52,866 nucleotides of DNA, from contig JAADVB010000125.1 in the NCBI GenBank assembly GCA_023334545.1, positions 1 to 52,866 of the forward strand. The letters are read 5' to 3'. A model generated the notes under the pieces. The model had not been told where the DNA came from, did no database searches, and worked only from the letters and a program-made list of their open reading frames with translations. Below, one piece after another: positions 1-11,260 of the stretch; position 1 is the first letter of the stretch, and every line of letters begins with the position of its first letter. The stretch comes from Salisapilia sapeloensis CBS 127946 (taxonomy: Eukaryota > Protista > Oomycota). The translations under genes were made by a program, and so were the position numbers.

Positions 1-608
1 CGTCTCAGCTACCATTCCGACTCCCATCGAGCCATACACCGGACGCGAACCGTGTCTAGGTAGGAAAGAGAACGGAACATGCACGCACTGGATTCAACTA
101 GAGTCCAGATATATTTTCGATACTTTCTGGGTGTGGCATTTCCATACCGACTTCTATTGACCTGATAACCTCCGCTCTGGAGGAAGCTGAAGGCGATTAG
201 TAACGCGTCGTCCAAATGAATTCATGCGTACCTTGCAATCTTCTGCGACGTTGCTCTGAACGTTTGGAGGCTGTACGTTCACCATCGCATCGCGGGTCAC
301 GTCGCTTATTCCGATGAGCGGCATCGTGTGTACATAGTTCGTAGGCAGGAAGCAATAAATTTCAGTGAAGGGGAGGATAATTTTTATATCCTCGAGACAT
401 GTCGAGTTGGCCACTTGACAAAAGGATGGGTTTATTCTAACAAAAAAGAACTACTGCGGTTTCGAGGCGGTAGAGAATATTCCTAGTCTTACTTGACCCA
501 GTGAAGATACCAATGTCCATGAACTTGCTTTAATTTATACATAAGTTAGCACGATCTAAGCTTTGCTTTCATGACGAGCATAGTAATCTAGATAATGCAT
601 GACTTTTG

Positions 609-1145
609 TTAGTTGGTGTCAGCTGGCACCATGCGTGGTCTCTTCACAAATTGATCCGTCGGTGCGTCTGACCATGGATTCCATGACCGTTTCTTTGGCA
701 TAGCTGGTGCCTGTGGCTTCTCTTCCTCGTCGGCACGTCGACCGACACGGAGCTCTTTAATGGACAGCTTGCGCGACTTGCGAATCATGTTCGACTCACG
801 AGTGTATTTAAGTATCCGCTCGGCGTCAACGCCTTTGAGCTTGAGGAGCTCATATCTCTCTTTCCTAGAGAAGCGACGTGGTCTATGTTTTTTGCCAGAT
901 GTCTCTTGTTCATCGACGGTGGAGTAGAAGACTTGTGCCGCATTGCTGTCATAGTCGAGTCCGATCGGAGGGCCCTCGCGACTGGGTACTCCAGATTCAC
1001 CAAGCGTCAATTCAAACTCGTAGACAGTTGCTGTGCCCCAACGCAACCGCTTGTTCAAGGCTGGAAGTGAAGGTGCTTGCGAGAGCGAGTGGAGCGCCAG
1101 AGCTGCTTCACTGAGGTCGTCATTAAGCGTAGGCATTTTGCACAT
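609..1145 (-). CDS. Small protein with a CSRNP (cysteine/serine-rich nuclear protein) N-terminal-like motif, ~178 aa
   Basis: Intact ORF. KRLRWGTATVYEFELTLGESGVPSREGPPIGL resembles the CSRNP motif (V-x-F-x-x-V-T-V-Y-x-F...VPSxGGxxLGM), followed by a basic helical region. ATG could be 1145 or 1136. Confidence 0.6.
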   Translation of the reverse strand: MCKMPTLNDDLSEAALALHSLSQAPSLPALNKRLRWGTATVYEFELTLGESGVPSREGPPIGLDYDSNAAQVFYSTVDEQETSGKKHRPRRFSRKERYELLKLKGVDAERILKYTRESNMIRKSRKLSIKELRVGRRADEEEKPQAPAMPKKRSWNPWSDAPTDQFVKRPRMVPADTN

Positions 1146-1761
1146 TGGCTTGCTTCCGGTTGCAACGATGGTGGGAGATGCGATAATGGAAAAGGTCCAG
1201 GCGCACCGCTTGCTGTTCTCCCTCTTCTCTTTTTTCGACTGAAAGCTCGTCGTTCTGGGACGTGATTTTTGCTCCCGACGGTCCTATGTACAGGTGTCGG
1301 CGACAATGATTGGGTCAGCAGCTTCAACTTGTAGATTGGAAATGGCTACATTTGGGGCTGGCCTCGACGACACGGTCGCCTGTGCTGAAACTTCCGCGTT
1401 TGGTCTAGGTGCAGCAGCTCAGGACATGACGGAACTTATCTAGACTTTTGGAATTGTAGCGGAATCCATGGAAGTGTGTATAAATAGAGATTTGCGATGG
1501 TAGAAGATCAGGTCTCAGAGCGAGGTGGGTACAGGGTATAAATATCCGGAAGTAGGTTGATCCTACAGGAGTCATTACTCGTGGTCAGTGGAAAGAGGGC
1601 GCATGCAACCGTGTAGGTACAAGTATCCGGTAATGCCTCACAGCGCTATATGACGAGTGCGTATCTGGCATAAATAGTTATTAAAGATGTATGTGTAATC
1701 AGATAGTGTCCAACGTAAAAAGTCATTCAAGTAGAGGATCGAAGGTGGATTTCAATTTTTC

Positions 1762-4713
1762 TCATGATTCTTTCTCTACGTGGCCAGTACTCTCATGTGC
1801 ACAATCATTTTTCTCCAAGGAAGAGAGTATCACCAGTGGCAGCAACTTGGCCATTTCTAATATATCTCCAGACTGATGGACTTTACTTACTCGTTCCAAC
1901 TCCTTTCGTGCGACCTCTTCTTTATATTTAGAGGCTCCGTCTTCCTCGGGTGATCCATTCTGAGGAGTGCTGATGTCGTGCATTGCTCTTTGAAGTCTGA
2001 ATTGAACACTTTGCAAAAACACATCAAGGTAGTGTCGAACCTGTTCTTCCACCTGCTTCCTCTTGTGATTTTCATTTCGGGATTTATCTGCTTCATCAAT
2101 CATCTACACATGAGAAAATGAGTAAGGCAGTAAAAAGTCTGAACCAAGTTTCCATACCTCTTCACTCCAATTGTTGTACACTTCGATTTGCTCCGTTGCC
2201 TTGAGAAGACGCTCTCTCCAATCCGCAATCTCACGAGTTTTTGTTTCTAATTGATCCTTCCACCAAGCTATCTCTTCTTCCAGAGCTCGTATATCTGCAT
2301 TCAATGATTTAATGATGCCATCTTTCTCCTCTGCTTCTGTCGTCCACTTCTCGAGCTCCTCTTTTTTACTTTCAAGCTTCGAAGCTAAGTCAGTTTCGAG
2401 ATGCATGAACTCTGCATTCTGCTTTAAAACCGTCTTCAGCTGCTTCTTTTGCTTTCGCAACTTTTCTTTTTGCTCCTCCATTAATATCCTTTCGCTTTTG
2501 ACGGACGCATAAGATTCTTTCAGGTCACTTACCTCCTCATCCAAATGATCCAACATGTTTTGAGCTTTGTATAGCTGCATCTCCAGACTAAAAGCTTCAC
2601 CACATGCTTGTTCAGCATCTTGCTGTGCTCTAGTCATCTGGTCGAGCAAGTAGCTGCACGTCGACTCAAGATCAACATTAATACTTTCGTATTCTTCTTT
2701 TTCCTGGATACACATTGCAACCTTGTCCTCCATCTCTAGCAATTTAAGTATAGTCTGCTGTAGTAGGATCACAACTGGATTCTCATGACCTTCGCTTCGA
2801 TCAGCACTTAATACTTTGCTCATCTTTGTTAATCGAGAAACAACTTCCGTGCTAAACTGGTACAACGCAGTTACATGACTTCCGCAATTGGCTCTTGGAA
2901 GCTGTGTATGCTTTGGAACAAGACATGCTGATGGAGGTATGTCTTGAAGTGGATGTAGGATATTTACGGAAGCTAGTGCAGCCGCTTCTAGTTCCACTAA
3001 TCCCTCTCTGATAGTATTATACTTTTCTTTGACTTGGTGAAGCTGTATTTGAATGTCTTGTGATTCGCTTTCCACAGCATCTAATGATTGTGTTAGCACA
3101 GACACCTTGTCATCGTGGTCTTTCGTGGACTGTTCAATTGTACTCTGGGCATTGTAGTACCACATTTCATAATCTTTTGCTCGTTGCTCTGCTTCAGTGA
3201 TTTTCTTCTTTAACTCCAGCATTTCTACATCCTTTGCTTGACATACTGTTGCATGTCCATCCTTGTCTTGCTTGCAAATTTGTTGTATATTCTGTAGCTG
3301 TTGTTGTATCTCCTGTTTTTCGTGTTCAGCTGTGGTAACGTCGTTCACATGCTTATCGATTGTCAATAAAAGCTCTTCTTGTACCCCACGGAGCTCATTG
3401 ATTGTATTATGTAGTTTGCTACTCTCACGCTCTAGTTTCTCCAAACGCCGAGTTTGGTCATCTGAGTATTTTCGAAGATCTTCATAAGCCTTCCGTCCTT
3501 CTCGCCGCTTTTGTTTATCCTTTTCGCGCTTTGATTTTAAATCGTTTGATTCCTTTCTTGTTTCCTCGACTTCGTTCTGTAGTTCGGACAGTTTTGCCGA
3601 TACATTCTCAAAGCTGGTTTCCAAAGCCTGCTTTTCGCTACCTATAATATTCAACCGCGACTTAAGTTTTTCTCTCCCTTCCTCAACTTTGATCTGCATT
3701 GCTTTTAGTTGATTGTATTCTTCTTCTTGGCGTGAAAGGGCATCACTTGTTCGTTCTAACTCCTCTTTCTGTACTGAAATTGTGATGCTATGTCGATGTA
3801 CGGTCTGTCGTAGCTCTGTTAAAACGAGCAAAAGCTCTTCATGGTCACTAACATTGAGCTCATCTGCTTTCATATGCAGGACTTCTTCTAGTACGCGAAT
3901 ATAGCTCTTTTGCCCTGCTTCCGAGTCGGAATCCTCGGAGCCTTCCTCTTCGCTTCGTTTTTGAAACTCTTTTAATGCTGCCTCAACTCGCTTTGCTGTG
4001 GCAATATACTTCTTACGCTCATTCTGCGTTTCCTGGATTTGTTTTTTCAAGACCTCTTCACGTTGGCGTATGCTTGGTGCTTTTGACACTGCTTTCTCCT
4101 TTTTTGCTGTCGTTTTCGTAGGTCTGACAGAGGGATATGTTTGGAGTGCTTTATTTGAAACTTCGAGTCTATCAATCTGCTGCTTCTGTTTCTCGACTAC
4201 CTGCTTTAGTCTTTCAACCTCTTTCAATTTCTGAGCTACTTGCTCATGCGCACCGCTAAGCTCAGTTTCTTGACAACGCAGCTTCTTTGTAAGTATTTCA
4301 AGTGGATGTATGCTCGGCGTCGGCTGAGGGTCATATCTTAAGCTCTCTGTTTCTGTCCCATTCTCGTACTTGCCATCTTCTTCCCCATACTTTTCTTGTG
4401 CAGAGGCCTGTAATCTCTCATCTGCTAACTTTATAGATGAAGTCTGCCTTCCTGAAGTTTCCTTGTGTACCTTTGTCGCTGTAGATGGTTGTAAATTGAA
4501 CTGTGGATTTTCGTCAGAGTAGTACGATGAGAGGGACCTTCCATCAAACGCCTCTGGTTGAAGCAAGTTGTCGCTGAAGATGCCACGTTGAAAAGTGTCT
4601 ACATCAAAGCCGTTGGTTGACTGTGCGGGCGGTATATGGTCCATACTTTGATATCGTCTCGTTCCAGACAAAACAGGTAACGGGGTTGACTGCTCACTCC
4701 AAGACCCCTGCAT
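1762..4713 (-). CDS. Long coiled-coil protein, 2 exons (4713-2158, 2103-1762), ~965 aa
   Basis: 869-aa ORF with heptad-rich E/K/Q/L composition. A 54-nt intron GTATGG...GTGTAG (2157-2104) joins WSEE to MIDEADK in frame. No catalytic motif seen. Confidence 0.8.
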
Positions 4714-4996
4714 CGTTGCATTCGATGTCTGCTTATCTTCGAACTGCTACGTCTCAAATCGTGGCCTTTTAAAAGTTGTCATCTATCGGGATAACCACTA
4801 TTTGGGCCATTTTAGATTTTGAAACGTCATGAAGAGACTTTTGAGGGCAACTTTCTTGCTCATGTTCATTCTAAAGACACCTTTGCGACGTAAAAGACTT
4901 ACAGCTTTCTCACCTGGCTGAAAAACTAATTTGCTTAAGGTCTTTTATATTCATTGCAAATCATACACGCAAGGAAGTTTTAAGGTGAACACGATT

Positions 4997-7572
4997 ATGA
5001 CTGTTCCATCCTCTACGAATCAGCCTCGAGTTCAGATACTGCTAGTCGCGCTCTCGGGACTCTTTCGTTCACACCATCATCCATTTCTCCAGCTTCACTA
5101 TCAAACGAGATGCGATAAGTCTAGCTCAAGAGAGGTTGCTATGGAGGTGGAACCAGTGCGTCAAGGACGCCAACGAGAACCAAATGGCACGTATACAGCA
5201 GTATTTTGTGATGCACCCGATAGCCAAGATTCCAACAATGCAAAGACTTTACCTCAAATCGATTGTGTGCTAGGCGACAGTTGCAATTTAATAGACTTTT
5301 CGAGTGATGTCGATCACATCAATGTTGAAGCTTGGAACTCATTCCAGACGAATCTTAGCATTCACATAGCATCTTTGAAACTATCTATTCGCCAATTTCA
5401 GAGCTACTACTTTTCAAAAGGAAGTGTGGAATTTGGCAAATGGTCTCCGCGGATGTGGTTTCCAATGCAAGCGTCAAAAGAGCATGATTTTCAATCAATG
5501 CAACTACGCCTCCAACTCTGTATTCGTTTTATTGACGACGGAAATTACCCTGAAATAATTCGTAAGCATGAAGGTCATGATAACGAAGATATTGGCGCTG
5601 TCCCCGATCCAGCTTTCTGCTTCCAGTGGCCATCAAAACGTATTAATTGGGACCTTTTAGTAGCCACCAACATCCGTCAAATATTCTACAATGTAAGTTA
5701 TCAGCTAGTAAGCTTATAGCTAGCAATAGTACCGACTCAACTTCGTTGGCAATAGATGGATGTCGAAAGACTTTGTCCTTTTCATGAAGATGTATTGTAC
5801 GGAAATCTCAGTGAGGAATTGGAAGAGGATGAAGAAATGTTCGTTGATGAGACCCATGCGCAAGCATTTCAACTAGCACAATTATCCGGTCAGTATTTGG
5901 ACTACTGCATTCAGCTGCTAAACGACCGCTGTAAAGATTATGAAGAGCAATATCGAGATCTCGTCGAGGCAAGAGATGAAAAGTTGCACCATAAGCGAAA
6001 ACTAGACCACTATCGAAAGAGCTTACAGAAAGAGGAGAATGAGCTGGATACGCTGATCGCCATTTATAAAGGGCTTCTCGATGGACGAACTTCGGGTAAA
6101 GATAATGTAGAGAAAACTGTTAGTACATCCGTAGTCGACCATGTACCAACTTTAGTCAAAGACGAGTTCTCACCTACTAAACCTCACTTCTTAAAAAGTT
6201 GGGAAGAAAGAGAAGAAGAGAGGAAGCGGATAAAGGAAGCAACAAAGCATGAACGCATCGCTCAGCAAAAAGAAATTTTGCAACGAAATCGTAAAGATCG
6301 TCACGATCGAGAGTTGTCTGTCGATATCTTGAACGAAATCCATAGGCTGAAAGAAAAAAGGAGCAGATATCGCATCTACAAATGGATAAGGGAGATTATT
6401 TACAAACGTCTGAACGATAAGATGAACCGGCAAGCAACGCGCATTCAAACTTGGTATCGCTGCCAAAAGTCAATTCGAAACTACCTGCAGTATAAAATGA
6501 GGAACCACGAGTTGGCTTTGATGGCAACAGAAGATGCCGAAATTAAAATACTATCGTGTACTGTTCAGGACGATGTCTGCAGCTTGTGTTCTGATGATGA
6601 TTTTAATTTGGAAAAACAAAGCACAAGCTTTGTGAAAGAGCTCGTGGCTGTCTGGAAAAGAGTGCGTCGAATGTCAATCCTGGCAGCTAGGAAAGGAATA
6701 AGCTTTTTCCAGATCTTCCAAAACTTGGATGGTAAGCACGATGAAATCATTGACAGATACGAGCTTCGCATTGGCCTTCGGGAATGGAGAATTCGGATCA
6801 CACGAAAAATGACTCGAGCGTATTGCTATGATAAGCTTTTTGGCATCTTGATACTGATACATGCTTCTTTAGATTGATTGCTCTTCTCCGGTCCAAGTGC
6901 GGTCTATCAAACTTACCGCTTATCTTCGACTATGACCAGTTCGTTTTCGGCTTTGAGCTTCAGGATCAACCTCCCCTAGAACCCACAATAGTACTGAATG
7001 ACCACACAGAAGGTCCGAAAATACAGCAGGCTGTTAATGAACTACCTGATGAAGGTTTCGAGAGCGAAGTGCCAGAGCCGATGGACACTCTCAGTAATGG
7101 GAACGGAAATGATATGGAGCAAGCTACTACGAGTGAAGTGGATGTACCGAACATAGCTCAGGATAAGACAGCGATACCCTCTTCTTTGTTGGCAAAACCA
7201 ACGGAAGCCTTTAACATTGAAAACGAAGGTGATGCGAATATGTATCTTACAAATGGCAGCGATGCTGTGAACATAGGTCAGGATAGCGCAGCAATACCAC
7301 TTCTTTCGTTGACAGAGCCAATAGTAACTTCCAACAACGAGAACGAAGGTGATGCAGATAGAAATCTTACAAGTGCCAACGATGCAGTGAGCACAGTACA
7401 AGATAACACAAGTTTACCATTGAATTTGTTGACAGAAACGAGCCCAGACACACAGAATAACCCAGAGCTAAAAGCAAAGGAAAGCGATGATGAACTATAT
7501 GCGAGCGATGAGCAGCACTCACCTCCAGCATACGATACATCGACATTCGACTACAGTGCAGACTTTGAGTAG
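4997..7572 (+). CDS. Dzip-like_N (Iguana/DZIP1-type) domain protein with putative N-terminal C2 domain, coiled coil, IQ motif and EF-hand-like pair; 3 exons (4997-5692, 5756-6819, 6873-7572), ~819 aa
   Basis: Introns 5693-5755 (GTAAGT...AATAG) and 6820-6872 (GTATTG...TTTAG) fuse three ORFs in frame. FCFQWPSKRINWDLLVATNIRQIFYNMDVERL...AFQLAQLSGQYLDYC matches the Dzip-like_N pattern. IQ-like QATRIQTWYRCQK; EF-hand-like FQNLDGKHDEIIDRYEL. Confidence 0.75.
7150..7440 (+). repeat. Degenerate 120-bp (40-aa) tandem repeat, ~2.5 copies, in the last exon of the DZIP-like gene
   Basis: aacatagctcaggat (7150), aacataggtcaggat (7270) and agcacagtacaagat (7390) recur at a 120-nt period. gaaaacgaaggtgatgc (7220) recurs as gagaacgaaggtgatgc (7340). 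Confidence 0.85.
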
Positions 7573-7641
7573 CAAGATACAAGAAAGTAATGCAATTCCA
7601 TTTCAAAAAATTCCATTCAAAAATTGTCGTACGGTTTCTAC

Positions 7642-10600
7642 TTACGTAGAGATCCCACACATGATCTTCCCAACGGTATGTACGTCTCCTAGCTGAAGCA
7701 GGCCATCCACCGGATCTTCGTCAAACTGAAACTCAATCGTCGACGCGTTCTGTCCGATTAACTGTATTTCCGTACAAGGATGATTCGCAACACTTTGACG
7801 GTTTACCCACAAGTGCTGAAGTAACTTTTCCACCAACTGATAATACATATTTGTATCATTCAGATCCTCTCGTCGATCCAACGAGTTAATCGCAAGAAGT
7901 GTCGCTAGCATATGACAGAAACCAAGCACGGGGATTCTCTTCACCGTCTTCCTGTAAATTCCTAGCCAGACGTATTTCATAAGGTAATATGATGGAAACC
8001 CCACAACCACATCCTTCCACATCAGCACAAATTGAAACCTTTCCCGATCACGTAGGCAGAAACAAATGCGTTTTGATGATCTTGTAGACTCGCCATTCGT
8101 ATCGAACATCTCTTCTGCTGCAAAGAGTGTCAAGAAGAGAGACGTCGCTGCCGGGACATCCGTATACTTTTTCTGAAGGCGCTGCCACTGGTCATTCAAA
8201 CCATGGTCAGACAAGACAGACCGAAGTACACGCCGATTACACTTCTCTTGTGCCTCTTTCCATACCTTAAGATCTCGTTCTATCGGTTCATCAAGGGTTT
8301 CTAACGCTGGTGGTAAGAAGACACGGAGATCTCCAGATAAACGCTTGGACCATACATCGACCCATATCTTTCCCCATTCGTACCGCTGCTGCTTGCATAC
8401 CAGACTAAACGTCTCAGACAGCTTATCCATTGTAACGTCCTCCCCACTTAGCGTTCGTGACGATGACACACTACGGCGCGTATCTCTAAAGCGAATTGCT
8501 TGAACCGACATCTGGGACAAGCTGTGGTGATACCTAGTCAGGTCGTGATGGCTGCGTTGAATCTGACTTATCTCGTCGGCAGTAGCAATGTCAGCAGGTG
8601 GAAGCTGCTGGACATGAGCAGAGACGTCAAAATCGAGACTGGGGGCTCCAGTAAGGACCAAGTATAGCTTCATCGCAAACTTCAATTCGTTCTCTGTCAT
8701 CAATCGAAGCCAGTTAGACGTATCAGGCGGTTGGTTTGGATCAGCCACATCTTGGCTACTGTCACCCTGAATAGTTTCCGTGGTAAATGGTTGAAGCGGT
8801 TGACCGTCTGACATGTCATCGTCGCTTTCAATCTCAATAATGTTCTGAGCGTTCAGATCCGGACTCGGGGATGGAGTGTTCTCAATTTCCATCGCCTCCG
8901 AGGAAGGTTCTTCCGGTGGACCTTGTTCGGCACTTGTATCTGCTGCTTCAGCTGGTTCTTCGACTTCACCTTCCTCCGATCCATGCTCCTCCATCGCTAC
9001 GTCCGTTTCTTTCTGCTCTTCATCAGCTTCGCCTAGACTCTGGTGAGAGGAGGCGTGGAAGCTGTTCGACGGCAGATCGCTGTGAGCGTTTTCTAGATTT
9101 GACGGTGGTGCAGACGCAGCGTCGACGGAAGAGTTCGAACTATGGGATGTTCGACAATGACTACTACGGTCTCCATCACCCTGCGCTGATCCATCACGTC
9201 CAATCTCACTGTTATAAGATGCATTTTCATCAGTATCTCTATGACGATCCGACATCCCACTATCCATCGTTCGAGCTTCGCTTGAAACAGCAACACTCGA
9301 CCCACTATCATAACGTCCAGCGTAGCGATGAACATAATAGTACTTGTTTTGAGGTGGGTAAGGATCCTGACGTCGAGTACTGTTATCAAACGCTTCCTGG
9401 AAGGAGTTTGAATGCGATGAGGTTGCCGAGTGAGATGGCTGAGGTTCATCATAAGGCCTATGTCTTCTCAAATCAGAACGCGATGGCGAACGACTACGAC
9501 TATGACTATGACGTCTACGAGTGTTATGACTATAGTGGTGTCGGGAATTACCACTACGATGATAACCTGCGTCGGCACGATCCACACGGCTCTTGAGACC
9601 GTATATTGTATACGTCACACTTTGGACACTGTGCTCCAGGGCTCGCAAATCATGTTGTATATCATGCACATCTCGTCCCGTTTTACGCCCCTGTTCGCGT
9701 TCCTTGTCCAGCTCTCCATGCAATTTCTGCTCCAGTGTCTTTATCTTGTCCTCAACACTAGGCATGACGTTATTAACGTTTAGCTTGACGCTTTCAACCG
9801 TATCGTGTACGCCCTTCATCTGCTTTGTCATCGTCTTATTCAAGTTTTCCATGAGTGAAGGAAAACTTGTCGACTCGGTGCCTTTAACCAAATTATTCAA
9901 TTTATCGATAGCTTCTTTTAAAGCTCTCAGATTCTTATAAATCTTGGCGACATCGAGCTTGGTTTGTCCACCTTCACGTACGGCACGTGTTATCTGGTTT
10001 CGCAGACCTTCAAACTCAATTTGAGTCACGAATCCCTCCGTCGATGCTTTGATCGAGGCGACTGGCTGCTGCCGCACTTGCTCCGTCGTATGCGTCTCCT
10101 TCTCACACATGAGTTCCTGTACTTGTCCTTGTAATTTAGCCATATCCACAACTGCTTTATCATATTTCGCTCGATCTTCCTGTTGTTCCTTCAGCACTGT
10201 GTTCAGTTCGTTTGTGTGCTCTTTACGAAGCGATTGGATTGTACTTTCATACTCCTGTCGAAGTAGTCGCATTGCCTCATCCTGTTCTTGAAACTTGGAT
10301 TCTCGACGCTTGACGTCTACCTGAATACTCTGTACTTGCCTCGTAAGTTGCTCAATAACATTTTTCTCTGGATTCACGGAATTGAGTATGGTCTCGACGC
10401 TGTGAATACGTTCCTCGGTAGCTTCTTCCTTCCGTAACAAGTCATCAAATTTCTCCTTTACGTCCTTCTGTAGATCGTCAACTTGAACCCGTACATATTC
10501 ATCCACCAGATTCACTACTTCCACTCGATCTTCCACCTTTTGGATACTTTCTCGTAGAGCTTTACTTCGTTCTTCTTGAGCTCGTAACAATTTATTCATG

Positions 10601-10797
10601 GACGTTATAAACGCATCATGAGCCTCTAATTTCCTCTTCGTTGCTTGATTGATCGTACTAGGAGGTTCAAAACTTTTGCAAGGTAGTCGAATGCCGTCTG
10701 TACGTCTCTTTTTCTTCCCAGAAGACATTCTCGTCACTGCTGCTCGTATGTCTGGAAAAGGAATTTCGTAAATGAACACTTTTGACTGCTGGCCCAT
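7642..10797 (-). CDS. Uncharacterised ~1,050-aa protein: basic NLS-like N-terminus, coiled coil, Ser/Arg/His-rich disordered middle, globular helical C-terminus
   Basis: Single 3.2-kb ORF; first in-frame ATG at 10797 (the track start at 10830 is TTG). SSGKKKRR, heptads, RRRHSHSRSRSPSRS low complexity, Trp-rich C-terminal ~350 aa. Confidence 0.8.
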   Translation of the reverse strand: MGQQSKVFIYEIPFPDIRAAVTRMSSGKKKRRTDGIRLPCKSFEPPSTINQATKRKLEAHDAFITSMNKLLRAQEERSKALRESIQKVEDRVEVVNLVDEYVRVQVDDLQKDVKEKFDDLLRKEEATEERIHSVETILNSVNPEKNVIEQLTRQVQSIQVDVKRRESKFQEQDEAMRLLRQEYESTIQSLRKEHTNELNTVLKEQQEDRAKYDKAVVDMAKLQGQVQELMCEKETHTTEQVRQQPVASIKASTEGFVTQIEFEGLRNQITRAVREGGQTKLDVAKIYKNLRALKEAIDKLNNLVKGTESTSFPSLMENLNKTMTKQMKGVHDTVESVKLNVNNVMPSVEDKIKTLEQKLHGELDKEREQGRKTGRDVHDIQHDLRALEHSVQSVTYTIYGLKSRVDRADAGYHRSGNSRHHYSHNTRRRHSHSRSRSPSRSDLRRHRPYDEPQPSHSATSSHSNSFQEAFDNSTRRQDPYPPQNKYYYVHRYAGRYDSGSSVAVSSEARTMDSGMSDRHRDTDENASYNSEIGRDGSAQGDGDRSSHCRTSHSSNSSVDAASAPPSNLENAHSDLPSNSFHASSHQSLGEADEEQKETDVAMEEHGSEEGEVEEPAEAADTSAEQGPPEEPSSEAMEIENTPSPSPDLNAQNIIEIESDDDMSDGQPLQPFTTETIQGDSSQDVADPNQPPDTSNWLRLMTENELKFAMKLYLVLTGAPSLDFDVSAHVQQLPPADIATADEISQIQRSHHDLTRYHHSLSQMSVQAIRFRDTRRSVSSSRTLSGEDVTMDKLSETFSLVCKQQRYEWGKIWVDVWSKRLSGDLRVFLPPALETLDEPIERDLKVWKEAQEKCNRRVLRSVLSDHGLNDQWQRLQKKYTDVPAATSLFLTLFAAEEMFDTNGESTRSSKRICFCLRDRERFQFVLMWKDVVVGFPSYYLMKYVWLGIYRKTVKRIPVLGFCHMLATLLAINSLDRREDLNDTNMYYQLVEKLLQHLWVNRQSVANHPCTEIQLIGQNASTIEFQFDEDPVDGLLQLGDVHTVGKIMCGIST

Positions 10798-11260
10798 AAT
10801 ACTTGTACATTGGGCAGAATTATCCTGCAACGCTCTTCTCTTACTAGGTTACTGCGTGATCTGTCGCACAATATGCATCTACCACAGCTTACGTATACTG
10901 CCTCCATCATGGATGCATATGCGTTTATTCAGAAATACTTTTATCAAGCATAATTATAGAAGTTATATCCAGATTGATTATCTTGTAAGAACCGTTGATC
11001 GAAGTTGCTCATATAGTTGTGAGTTTCGAATATGCAAAGGAAACCACGAAGTTGAAGACGCATTGATGCTAGGATAGCCTATCTATTGGGGTATAGAAAG
11101 CTCCCTTTGTTCAAAGTTTGGAGGTCCTTTCGTTGAGACACCGCCATCTTACAGTGCTGTCATAAACTACAGATATACCAGACTTTCGACCTTTTCAAGT
11201 GGTTGAGTGGGAGCTACGGCCTACTATTATGATCAAAAGATGTCTCAAGCGATCTAGATA

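Noticed and set aside
1-486. Partial gene at the left edge: a minus-strand model with a 45-nt intron (GTACGC...CTAAT...CAG) or an 88-codon plus-strand frame (221-486)
   Set aside because: Both strands give plausible but unrecognisable peptides; strand and frame cannot be fixed.
1146-1430. Apparent N-terminal extension of the CSRNP-like frame
   Set aside because: Contains in-frame TAG and TGA; no evidence for readthrough or recoding, and other genes use standard stops.
1478-1567. Two TATAAATA boxes and a GTAGG-TTGAT-CCTAC hairpin on the + strand
   Set aside because: No downstream + gene or recognisable ncRNA; such short motifs are expected by chance.
7564-7646. GTAAGT overlapping the stop of the 7642 gene as a possible extra donor
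   Set aside because: The first usable acceptor lies inside the opposing DZIP-like CDS; the simple stop is more parsimonious.
8871-9940. Long antisense and alternate-frame ORFs (up to 241 aa)
   Set aside because: Shadows of Ser/Arg/Asp-rich low-complexity coding sequence. The same applies to most short track ORFs overlapping the large genes.
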